Origin: an uncultured Clostridia bacterium
GTDB taxonomy: Bacteria > Bacillota > Clostridia > Lachnospirales > Lachnospiraceae
Assembly (NCBI GenBank): GCA_945836135.1
Contig: CAMAKT010000001.1
Location: 1 to 46,696, forward strand
Direction: 5' to 3'
Length of the DNA: 46,696 nt
Shown here piece by piece: positions 34,801 to 42,572 of the stretch (position 1 is its first letter; the number at the start of each line of letters is the position of its first letter). A program made the translations under genes and the position numbers. Under the pieces are notes generated by a model. That model made no database searches. It worked only from the letters and a program-made list of their open reading frames with translations, and had not been told where the DNA came from.

Positions 34801-35612
34801 TTGTCATCCCTTCCCTTGAATATCTCTTCTCTGTCAGCGAGATAACGGTTATATGTATCCACAATAGGCTTCTTGTAATCGCCCTCGCCGAAGGTAACAT
34901 TCTTAAGCTCTGTGGAGAATGTAGTATGACGGCAGTGGTCTGACCAGTATGTATCCAGCACGCGGATTTCCGTCATGGACGGGTCACGCTTCTCCTCAGC
35001 AGAAAAATACTTCTGAATATGCTCAAAATCCTTGAAGGTCATGGCAAGACCAAGAGAATCGTAAAGCTCCTTAAGCTTATCCTGCGCCATACTGATAAAG
35101 CCATCAAATACAATGACATCCGCTGGCTCAGCAAATACCGAAACAAGAGTCTCAGGCTTGGCAATATCAGCTTCGCGGGAATCAACAGGGTTGATGCAGA
35201 AGTTCTTGATACGCTCTAATTCCTCATCGGTAATATCACCATCGATAGCATAGATTGTCGCTGTGCGGATTACCGGCTCCTCATCCTCCTTAAGCAGCTT
35301 CACGCACTGTACGGCAGAATCTGCTCTCTGGTCGAACTGTCCCGGAAGATACTCAACGCCAAATACCTTCTCGCTTTCCTTTTTCTCAAATTCTTCTTCA
35401 TATACATAATCAACCGGCGGTTCAGAAAATACTGTAACTAAAGCATCCTTGTACACATCTTCTGAAATGTTCTCAATGTCATAGCGAATCAGCACACGCA
35501 CATTTTTAACTGTGTGAATGTCCAGATAATTAGAAATCTCATCGCTAAGTTCCTTCGCCTTGACAGCAAATGCAGGCATTTTCTCGGAATAAACTCGTCT
35601 TACGTTGCTCAT
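31857..35612 (-). CDS. purL: Phosphoribosylformylglycinamidine synthase, single-chain large type
   Basis: At about 1250 aa it has the FGAM synthase layout, with a C-terminal glutaminase (GICNGFQAL, HGEGR). ATG 35612 (MSNVRRVY) directly follows GGAGGAGAAC; the track start 35624 has no SD. Confidence 0.95.
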   Translation of the reverse strand: MSNVRRVYSEKMPAFAVKAKELSDEISNYLDIHTVKNVRVLIRYDIENISEDVYKDALVTVFSEPPVDYVYEEEFEKKESEKVFGVEYLPGQFDQRADSAVQCVKLLKEDEEPVIRTATIYAIDGDITDEELERIKNFCINPVDSREADIAKPETLVSVFAEPADVIVFDGFISMAQDKLKELYDSLGLAMTFKDFEHIQKYFSAEEKRDPSMTEIRVLDTYWSDHCRHTTFSTELKNVTFGEGDYKKPIVDTYNRYLADREEIFKGRDDKFVCLMDIALLAMRKLKKEGKLDDMEVSDEINACSIVVPVTIDGVTEEWLVNFKNETHNHPTEIEPFGGAATCLGGAIRDPLSGRTYVYQAMRVTGAGDPTVSVDKTLKGKLPQKKLVRGAANGYSSYGNQIGLATGYVKEIYHPNYVAKRMEIGAVMGAAPRKNVIRETSDPGDIIILLGGRTGRDGCGGATGSSKVHTESSIETCGAEVQKGNAPTERKIQRLFRREEVSLLIKKCNDFGAGGVSVAIGELADGLNINLDKVPKKYAGLDGTEIAISESQERMAVVVDKKDVDKMLAFAAEENLEAVPVAEVTEEKRLVMYWRGNKIVDISRAFLDTNGAHQETDVKVNIPSKDGSCFKGEKVTDVRAKWLETLADLNVCSQKGLVEMFDGSIGAGSVYMPYGGKYQLTEVQTMVAKLPVLKGKTDTVTMMSYGFDPYLSSWSPYHGAIYAVIESIAKVVCAGGDFSKIRFTFQEYFRRMTEDTSRWGEPFKALLGAYDAQLGFGLPSIGGKDSMSGTFNDMDVPNTLVSFAVDVASYKDVITPELKSAGNKLVLFEIEKNEYDLPVYEQIMKLYAGITKAIGEKAIVSAYTLDAKGIVPAVSKMAFGNKLGARLDSAVPADKLFAPLYGCIIAEVAPDKLDKLPKEAQVIGEVTGNSIFEYADVNISMDEALKAWKGTLEKVFPTVAVKGGKELDTPVYNTDKVYICKNKVAKPTVFIPVFPGTNCEYDSTKAFERAGADVVTKVFKNLSAEDIRDSAHEFAKAISQAQIVMFPGGFSAGDEPDGSAKFFAAAFRNASITEELNKLLNERDGLVLGICNGFQALIKLGLVPYGEITKQTPDSPTLTMNTIGRHVSKMVYTKVVTNKSPWLAGTKLGGVYCNPASHGEGRFVASDEWIKKLFANGQVATQYVDEITGTPTMDEEWNPNGSYMAIEGITSPDGRVLGKMAHSERRGDAVAINIYGEQDMKIFESGVKYFK

Positions 35613-35656
35613 GTTCTCCTCCATAGCTATGTCTTATGACATATTATTTTTTATGA

Positions 35657-35813
35657 TTTAAATAAGAGTGCGCTTGCGCACTCTTTCGCGCCCGAGCGGA
35701 TTGCGCAGCAATTAATTCCTCTCCGCGAGGTGCGCATCATGGCACGCAGTGCCTTTTGACTTATAGGGAATTCCAGAGGAATTTCCTATAAGTTAAATAA
35801 CCGGCTAAGCCGG
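35657..35813 (-). promoter_or_regulatory. GC-rich structured leader of purL with terminator/antiterminator potential (unclassified)
   Basis: Four hairpins lie in order on the minus strand: CCGGC-UUA-GCCGG; a 15-bp stem (35759-35792); GGCAC-UGC-GUGCC; and AGAGUGCGC-AA-GCGCACUCU followed by UAUUUAAAU (35658-35684). The upstream UGCGCACCUC (35727-35736) is complementary to the terminator 5' arm. Confidence 0.4.
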
Positions 35814-35826
35814 GTACAACCGTTAG

Positions 35827-36762
35827 TTACTCATGCAGTCTCCTGATAATCCTATAGACCACATTATTCTCCATTACAGTGGGTGCAGTATGTGCAAAAA
35901 ATATAATTCCCTCGGTAGGCGAAATAATCTGATTGATAACCTCACCCTCATAGGGGTCGATAACCTCGCCTATAATATCGCCTCTGAATACCGGGTCGCT
36001 TGGCTTCTTAAGTCCCCGGTACAGACCTGCCGTATCAGTCTTGACAGCCATAAGCTCATCCTCATCAAGCACATGGGCAATATAACCACTGTGGTTATAA
36101 TACTTGATAATACCCATTCTAGTCAAGAAGCGAAGTACAGATGCCACTGCCTGCCTTGCAGACACATCATCAATATAATCGCTGCAGTTGGAATATATGG
36201 AAAAAGCGCAGGTTCCGTTCATCTGCCAGTTGTAATTAAGTGTCGTGGTGTCAAGTGGCTTGGGCTTGCGGATTACCACGTATGGCAGTCCGAAAAGATT
36301 GGCAAGGCTGGGACTCTGGTGTCCCGTCTCCATCATACGGACATGGGGAATGAAATCTCCCGGCATATAAAAGCTTGTAAACTGTATGCCATAGCTGTAG
36401 CCCTTAATACTGTCAAACAGCTCTGCAGCAATATTCTGTGTGGTGTCTCCGCCATGTATCCCCGGAAATCTTCTGTTGATATCTGAATTATCCATCGCCC
36501 AGAAGCGCTTCTGCACATTGACGGAATAGTGGTTAAGGCACGGCACAACCAGTATCTCGTTGTTGGATGTAATCTGTCCTCTCTCCTCCAGCTCGCCAAG
36601 AATTCTGATAAGCTGGGAGCATATGTACATCTGCTGATATTCATTTCCCCTTATGGCTCCCACAATGCAGGCTGCCTTATCTCCGCTTCCGAAACTGTAG
36701 CCTGTAATTGTAAAATCCTCTCTGTGAAACCCCTTAAGGGTATACAGTTCCTTCTTATTCAT
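35827..36762 (-). CDS. AstE/AspA (succinylglutamate desuccinylase/aspartoacylase, M14-like) family paralog lacking two zinc ligands (probable non-catalytic subunit)
   Basis: ATG 36762 (MNKKELYTLKGF) overlaps the upstream stop by 8 nt (ATGAATAA) and follows GGAGGTGG. The track ORF is over-extended to 36894. IVGAIRGNEY replaces IHGDE, and GIQFTSF replaces VDLHSS. Confidence 0.7.
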   Translation of the reverse strand: MNKKELYTLKGFHREDFTITGYSFGSGDKAACIVGAIRGNEYQQMYICSQLIRILGELEERGQITSNNEILVVPCLNHYSVNVQKRFWAMDNSDINRRFPGIHGGDTTQNIAAELFDSIKGYSYGIQFTSFYMPGDFIPHVRMMETGHQSPSLANLFGLPYVVIRKPKPLDTTTLNYNWQMNGTCAFSIYSNCSDYIDDVSARQAVASVLRFLTRMGIIKYYNHSGYIAHVLDEDELMAVKTDTAGLYRGLKKPSDPVFRGDIIGEVIDPYEGEVINQIISPTEGIIFFAHTAPTVMENNVVYRIIRRLHE

Positions 36763-37702
36763 GAACGCCACCTCCGAAAATACGGCAGAGAATAGCTCCT
36801 TCATATACAACCGGATACTCCCTGAATGTAAAAACAGTTCCTGAGCATGGTGCTTCCACACGGTGCAACAGTCTTCCCGTAAGCGGCTCAACAATATCTC
36901 CTATGTGCTCTCCCATCTCAACCTTCTTCAATATGCCATCATCAAAGGCTGCCATAAAAAGTCCCGTCACTCTGGCGTGGATTACGGTTATGCTTCCCTC
37001 TGAAGAAATCATAGGCTTCCTCACCGTGGTCTTATCCGCCTTCCACATTCCAAGCTCTATCATCAGGTTAAAAATTCCCTCTATTATCTGGTCACCGTAC
37101 CGCCGTTCAACCTTATTTCCAACACCCATCTCAATTACAAGAGTAGGTACGCCTAAGTGATTAAGACTGTTGGCAAGTGTTGCCTCAAGCACCGTATTAA
37201 TCCTATATTCCCATATAAAATCTGCATTCATGAGTTCTGCATAAGGCATCAGCTTATCCTTGAACTGATCAAAGACCCTGACCTGCGGAACTTCCTTGAT
37301 AAATATATTGGAGGAATGCAAATCCACACACATATCACTTCCGATAATATCATTCACAATCTTAGAAGCCAGATATTCTGCGGTGGCACCGTTCTCCATA
37401 CCCGGAAACACGCGGTTCATGTCCAGGTCGAACATAGGCATTCCACGAGTGCAGCTCTCAATACCAAGAGGATTGACTGCAGGATATATGTCAACAATTC
37501 CATTAAGCAGCTCTACATGCTCCTTAATTCTTCGGTTAAGCTCATAGCAGATATACTGTCCGTCCAGCTCGTCCCCATGTATTCCCGTAACAATGGAAAG
37601 TCTCTTGGCATCATCTGAAAGCTTCGCTGACATAATACGGTTCTTGCGTATAACAATCTTTTCGCTGACAGGCATATCCACTGTCACTACTTCTTCTACC
37701 AT
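36755..37702 (-). CDS. AstE/AspA-family (M14-like) zinc hydrolase, catalytic motifs intact
   Basis: The HxxE motif in IVTGIHGDELDG, NRVFPG and the third ligand in CVDLHSS are present. Its SD AGGAG overlaps the TAG stop of the helicase gene. Confidence 0.75.
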   Translation of the reverse strand: MVEEVVTVDMPVSEKIVIRKNRIMSAKLSDDAKRLSIVTGIHGDELDGQYICYELNRRIKEHVELLNGIVDIYPAVNPLGIESCTRGMPMFDLDMNRVFPGMENGATAEYLASKIVNDIIGSDMCVDLHSSNIFIKEVPQVRVFDQFKDKLMPYAELMNADFIWEYRINTVLEATLANSLNHLGVPTLVIEMGVGNKVERRYGDQIIEGIFNLMIELGMWKADKTTVRKPMISSEGSITVIHARVTGLFMAAFDDGILKKVEMGEHIGDIVEPLTGRLLHRVEAPCSGTVFTFREYPVVYEGAILCRIFGGGVHE

Positions 37703-37713
37703 AAATAATGCTC

Positions 37714-40131
37714 CTACATAATCTCATTATTTCGATTATAAATCAAAACTCTTTTTTCTTCAACACTTTTCCAGAATTCAGCCACAACCCCCGGTGCCTG
37801 TTCCATATTGACAAGTCTGTAGTCATCCCACTCCTCCGGAAAAAGCCTCACATATTCTTTTTTTGCAAATCGTTCGTCCAGCAGAAGAATTACCCCCACA
37901 TCCTCCATGGTTCGTATCACGCGCCCCGCAGCCTGCATAACCTTGTTCATCCCCGGATATGTGTAGGCATAGTCATAACCCATTCCCTCCTTGGCATCAT
38001 AGTAATCCCTAAGAAGCTGCCTTTCCGTACATATCTGTGGTATACCCGTCCCAACAATAATGCATCCAATCAAACTCTCATTCTTTAAATCAATACCCTC
38101 AGAAAAAACACCGCCTGTCACGCAAAAGCCAATGCATCCTCCGCCACCTTCACCATCATCCCCGGTGGCCGTTCCCGAACGGAACCTGTCGAGAAACTCC
38201 TCCCTCTCCTGCTCCTTCATTCCGCGACTCTGGACATATATCCCCTCCGCGCCCTCATCGTCAAGATATAGCCTGTAGACATTTTCCATATATCCATAGG
38301 AGGGAAAGAAAACCATATAATTGCCTTTTTTCTGCTTTGTTACTCTGTCAATATAGTTCTTGATTTTTCTAAACTCATTCTCGTTGCGCCTTGTGTAACG
38401 GCTTGTGACATCATAGCCCACAGCCAGACACCTGTTTTTCCGGTCAAATGGTGAGCGCACATATATGGCATAGTCATCCCTGCTGCTTAAAAGTTCCTTA
38501 TAGTACATAACCGGCAGTAGGGTTGCTGAAAAGAACACTGCCGCCCTTCCCTTATCAAGACATTCCGAAAGGCAAGGTGACGGATTAACGCAGTACAGCT
38601 TAATCATAAAGCCTTCATCCGTCTGCTCCGTGTATATGACATAGTTGTCCTGCATATGGTCATTCATATTGAGAAAATGGCGCACAGCAAAAAAAAGCTC
38701 GGATACCTCCTCGCTGTATTCGAACTCTCTCTTTTCCTCAAAGAAACGTGTAAACTCCTCGTAAAGACGGTTCAGTGACAGTGCAAGGGCACCGATGCTT
38801 TCAAGAACTGCCACACTGTCACATTCACGCTTAAGCGTCAGCAGCTCCTTATTGCATTTTGCCAGCGCAGACGCAAGTCTCTTGTCCGCTCCGGTCACCA
38901 GCTTATGCACCTTAAGGAAATCTTCCTTTAGAAGCTTTGCACTGTACATCTCCCTTGCACGGTCCACAAGATTATGAGCCTCGTCAATAAGAAAAATATA
39001 GTCTCCCTGTACGCCCTCCGAGAAGTAGCGTTTCAGATACACGTTTGGGTCAAACACATAATTATAATCACAGATAATGCCATCAACCCAATAGCTCGCA
39101 TCAAGGCAGAATTCAAAAGGACATACCGTATGCTTTGCGGCATATCTTTCAATGGTCTCACGGTCAATTACGTCCTCATGGGTAACCATGTCGTACACGG
39201 CATCATTTACACGATCAAAATGTCCCTTGGCATAAGGGCAAGCAATGGGATTACACTCTGTTTCACCGGTCATGCAGACCTTCTCCTTGGCAGTAATTGT
39301 GATTGTACGAAAATATGCCCCCCTGCCCCTTAGTATGGCAAAGGCTTCCTCGGCAACGGTTCTTGTAATTGTCTTGGCTGTCAGATAGAAAAGCTTATCC
39401 CCTAAGTCCTCCCCCACGGCCTTCACCGCCGGAAACACCGTGGACATGGTCTTGCCCACACCCGTAGGTGCTTGTATAAAAAGCTTCTTTCCAAGGCTTA
39501 TTGTCTTATATACACTGACTGCAATGTCCCTCTGTCCGTCACGATAGGCAAAAGGAAACTCCAAGCCTTTAAGTGAATCACGCCGCTTAAGCTTCGCTTC
39601 ATATAAAAAATCACTCCATCTTTTGAAGCTGTGCAGCACTTCTAAAAACCACTTCTCAACCTGTTCAAAAGAGTAGCTTTCTGTAAAATATTTCACCTCG
39701 TCGGTATCAAGATTGACATAGGTCATCATTATGCCTATGTGATCAAGTCCGTCATTGACACATTTCATATAGGCATAGCACATTGCCTGTGCCTTGTGAA
39801 CTGCAACAGGCTCCTCGATGAATCGAAGTTCCCTGTAGGTTCCCTTGATTTCGTCTATTGTAATCTGCTCTTCTTCAGTAATTACACCGTCCGCCCTGCC
39901 TTCAAGGACAATGGTATATTTATCAAAGGGGAATTCCATCTTCATGGGAACCTCAGCCACATACTGGGAGCCCATCTGTTTCTGGATTCTTCGGTGTGCC
40001 CTGCTGCCGGCATCCATGGCATTCTTATCCGCACCCCGACCCCGTCTGTTATCAATATCGCCTTCCCGACATACGAACTCCACATAATTGCGGACTGAAA
40101 TTCTTAGTATATTATCCTTGAATGTGTACAT
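37714..40131 (-). CDS. Fusion protein: N-terminal PD-(D/E)XK (RecB/Cas4-like) nuclease domain plus XPD/DinG-type Fe-S SF2 DNA helicase
   Basis: The nuclease motifs are GRADGV...IDEIKG...QAMCYAY (D, ExK, QxxxY). The helicase has Walker A QAPTGVGKT and DEAH (LIDEAHNL). It has four Cys in the Fe-S region (VCMTGETECNPIACPY...ICDYNY) and the C-terminal motif AAGRVIR. Confidence 0.8.
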   Translation of the reverse strand: MYTFKDNILRISVRNYVEFVCREGDIDNRRGRGADKNAMDAGSRAHRRIQKQMGSQYVAEVPMKMEFPFDKYTIVLEGRADGVITEEEQITIDEIKGTYRELRFIEEPVAVHKAQAMCYAYMKCVNDGLDHIGIMMTYVNLDTDEVKYFTESYSFEQVEKWFLEVLHSFKRWSDFLYEAKLKRRDSLKGLEFPFAYRDGQRDIAVSVYKTISLGKKLFIQAPTGVGKTMSTVFPAVKAVGEDLGDKLFYLTAKTITRTVAEEAFAILRGRGAYFRTITITAKEKVCMTGETECNPIACPYAKGHFDRVNDAVYDMVTHEDVIDRETIERYAAKHTVCPFEFCLDASYWVDGIICDYNYVFDPNVYLKRYFSEGVQGDYIFLIDEAHNLVDRAREMYSAKLLKEDFLKVHKLVTGADKRLASALAKCNKELLTLKRECDSVAVLESIGALALSLNRLYEEFTRFFEEKREFEYSEEVSELFFAVRHFLNMNDHMQDNYVIYTEQTDEGFMIKLYCVNPSPCLSECLDKGRAAVFFSATLLPVMYYKELLSSRDDYAIYVRSPFDRKNRCLAVGYDVTSRYTRRNENEFRKIKNYIDRVTKQKKGNYMVFFPSYGYMENVYRLYLDDEGAEGIYVQSRGMKEQEREEFLDRFRSGTATGDDGEGGGGCIGFCVTGGVFSEGIDLKNESLIGCIIVGTGIPQICTERQLLRDYYDAKEGMGYDYAYTYPGMNKVMQAAGRVIRTMEDVGVILLLDERFAKKEYVRLFPEEWDDYRLVNMEQAPGVVAEFWKSVEEKRVLIYNRNNEIM

Positions 40132-40151
40132 GCCCGTATGCCTCCGTTTTC

Positions 40152-42572
40152 TTAGTGCAGGAAGTCATCCATTCCTGCTTCAACAATGCATTTATAAAAA
40201 TATGCTATCGGGTAAAAGCTCTGGGCGAAATTCTTAGTGGAATCACCCGACCATACCATGGCATCCCCTACGATAAGCTTGTCACCACCCGAATATTTGG
40301 TAGGTTCCTTAATGCAGCGCTTTAATGTTCCCAAACCTGCCTCAAGATATTTTTTATCACCTGTAAGCTCATAGCCTGTTGCCATTGCCTCCAGCAAAAG
40401 AGTGTTATTTCCAAGACGCTGAAGACTTGGGAGTTCCTTATAATAAAACAACCCACAATCAAGCATGCAGTTGTCGACAAGATCATCCACTGCCAGCATA
40501 ATGAGCTTTTTAAGCTTGTCCGATGGCTCAATTCTGTAATATCGCATAAGGCTTCCCACAGCTACCGATATCATGAATCCTACACGGATTAAGGTATTGT
40601 CCGTATATGTGGCCTCAAAGCTTCCGTACTCATTATACCAGCCCTCAAAAAATCCAACAATGGAATCACATTTTTCTTTCCACCTGGCATCCGCAGTCTC
40701 AACGTACAGTGCCGTGAGCGTTCTGAGTGCCCATCCGGTCTCTCTGGCATTACTCTCACCGGCTCTGCTGTATTCCGGTGTTTCAAGAAGCCGCAGGACA
40801 TTTTCACCAATTCCTATTGCAGTCTCTAAGCCCCTCTCATCACCTGTAAAATGATAATAATCAAGAAGACCCTCAACCCACTGATGGCTTGGCACAAGCA
40901 CGCCGTTCATAACATGCCCCTTGGTATGTTCAATCTGCCCTCCAATTCTTAATGGGTCACTGCTGTAATGGCATACATCCACATCCATCCAGTGGCTTGC
41001 ATGAACTATGCAGAAGTCCAGATATCTGCGTATTCCGCTTCTCATATACATTAGGGCGCAGGCATGTGGAAAGTCATATTCATTATTCACCCACACCGGA
41101 GCACCACCGCCCCTTCCCTGTTTGGTATAATTCGGGTCGATAGTATCACCCCAGTTCAGCATACCGAAGCTTCTCGCCCTGGAATCTCCCTTACTGATTA
41201 GCAGAATTTCTATATCCGGCGACATTCTGTCTGCAAAAACATCCGTAACCGCTCCGGACTGCCTGTATACCTCCGACTCAATAACCGGTCTGTCCGGCAT
41301 CTGATATATAAGGCTGCGGCTGTCAAGCTCCGACAGACTCTCCTCCTTGTCATGAAAATGCAGCATAAACCGCTGTTCCCTCGCCATTCCTGACTGCATT
41401 ACCACCTTATTAAATCCCTCCGGAACAAGCATTACATACAGGCCGTCCTTATCCGCCTTGACAGCCTTCGGATAATTCTGCTGTGCCTGATATATTGTAG
41501 CGCACACACCTCCACGGGAATCCGTGCGGTCTGCGAAGAATGTCCCGTAAAACACCTCCGACATATGCTCATTACCTTCCATAAGAAGAGCCTTGTCATA
41601 AGCTGCCTTATTTACCTCGGCACCATCCCTGCCTATAAGAAAATCAGTGCGGTAATTGGAGGAAGCAGCACAGGTTCGCACACTGTCCGCAGGCGCCAGT
41701 TTCTCAATTGCTTCCAAGTCCTTGATTCCCCTGGTTTTGTATACAGGTCCTTGATCTGTCTCAAGCTTAAGATTCATATCGCCGCAGCCCGTGGAATCAA
41801 TCATTGAGGAGGCTTCCATATCCTTTAATGATATATTAAAATCCGCATTCTCTTCCGATTTTATTGCAAATACCAGAGATTTCACCGTAATCGGTGCTTC
41901 TGAGGTATTAAACAGGCGGTAGCTGATATCCAGCCATGGTTTACCTGCATAGGCTGTTATTCTAAGTTCGAACTTATAATGTCCGCCCTCCTCGCACCCT
42001 CCGTTACCGGCGCTGTTGCAGCCATCGGCGGCAAGTATAGTGCATACAGGTCCTTCTTCCACCACTCGCCACTTGTCTATAGACACCTCGTACTCACTTC
42101 CAAGCCCGTCGCAGAGTACAGGGCCTACAAACTGCTGTGCCGTGTAGGTTATTCCGTTATGGCTGAGGCTGTCAAAAATATGCTCCGAATAGTTTTTAAG
42201 TGTAAATTTAAGGCACCCGGTATCCACAAAAAATCCGTCCTTCTCATGCACAGTCTCAAGCTGCATTCCCGATTCCCTACAATCTTCCAAGGCAAGCCCA
42301 CTCTCTTGTACATCCCTGTCATCAAGGTACAATGAAAAGTCCTTTGCCCCATTGGCAGGCAGATTTCCCATAAAGCGCGTGAACGCAAAGCGCACCGAAC
42401 CGTCATCATATCTCGATGTCACCTTGCTCTGACTTGGAAGACAGCTATTTCCATCCACTACCTTTATCTGCGAAATCTCCTTAAGGCGTCCTTTTTTTAA
42501 TGGAAAACCCACCCACATCGGTTCCATATTTCTTGAACAGCAATATAACTTTTCCAAATGCAGATTAAACAT
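40152..42572 (-). CDS. 806-aa protein with N-terminal beta-sandwich-like region and C-terminal alpha/alpha-toroid-like region (glycoside hydrolase/lyase-like; family unresolved)
   Basis: ATG 42572 overlaps the MATE stop (ATGTTTAA), with AAGGAGA 6 nt upstream. No signal peptide is present. The C-terminal helical repeats carry WVNNEYDFPHA, HTKGHV...SHQWVEGLLDYYHFTGD and ARETGWALRTLTALY. Confidence 0.4.
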   Translation of the reverse strand: MFNLHLEKLYCCSRNMEPMWVGFPLKKGRLKEISQIKVVDGNSCLPSQSKVTSRYDDGSVRFAFTRFMGNLPANGAKDFSLYLDDRDVQESGLALEDCRESGMQLETVHEKDGFFVDTGCLKFTLKNYSEHIFDSLSHNGITYTAQQFVGPVLCDGLGSEYEVSIDKWRVVEEGPVCTILAADGCNSAGNGGCEEGGHYKFELRITAYAGKPWLDISYRLFNTSEAPITVKSLVFAIKSEENADFNISLKDMEASSMIDSTGCGDMNLKLETDQGPVYKTRGIKDLEAIEKLAPADSVRTCAASSNYRTDFLIGRDGAEVNKAAYDKALLMEGNEHMSEVFYGTFFADRTDSRGGVCATIYQAQQNYPKAVKADKDGLYVMLVPEGFNKVVMQSGMAREQRFMLHFHDKEESLSELDSRSLIYQMPDRPVIESEVYRQSGAVTDVFADRMSPDIEILLISKGDSRARSFGMLNWGDTIDPNYTKQGRGGGAPVWVNNEYDFPHACALMYMRSGIRRYLDFCIVHASHWMDVDVCHYSSDPLRIGGQIEHTKGHVMNGVLVPSHQWVEGLLDYYHFTGDERGLETAIGIGENVLRLLETPEYSRAGESNARETGWALRTLTALYVETADARWKEKCDSIVGFFEGWYNEYGSFEATYTDNTLIRVGFMISVAVGSLMRYYRIEPSDKLKKLIMLAVDDLVDNCMLDCGLFYYKELPSLQRLGNNTLLLEAMATGYELTGDKKYLEAGLGTLKRCIKEPTKYSGGDKLIVGDAMVWSGDSTKNFAQSFYPIAYFYKCIVEAGMDDFLH

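Noticed and set aside
35613-35826. A known purine-pathway riboswitch (guanine/adenine, ZTP/pfl or PRPP-ykkC) upstream of purL.
   Set aside because: The conserved cores are absent on either strand: UAUAAU..GGAUAUGGC..CCGUAAAU..CCGACUAUG for purine, and GGGUCGUGAC..CCGCCUGGGC for ZTP. The region is kept only as an unclassified structured leader.
36763-36894. A 44-codon N-terminal extension of the second M14 gene, overlapping the first M14 gene by 140 nt.
   Set aside because: ATG 36762 has a GGAGGTGG SD and gives an N-terminus that aligns with the paralog. The extension is just an open frame inside the upstream gene. The N-terminal extensions of the ABC gene (20658-20732), recO, glyQS, purL and the AraC gene were trimmed on the same SD-spacing logic.
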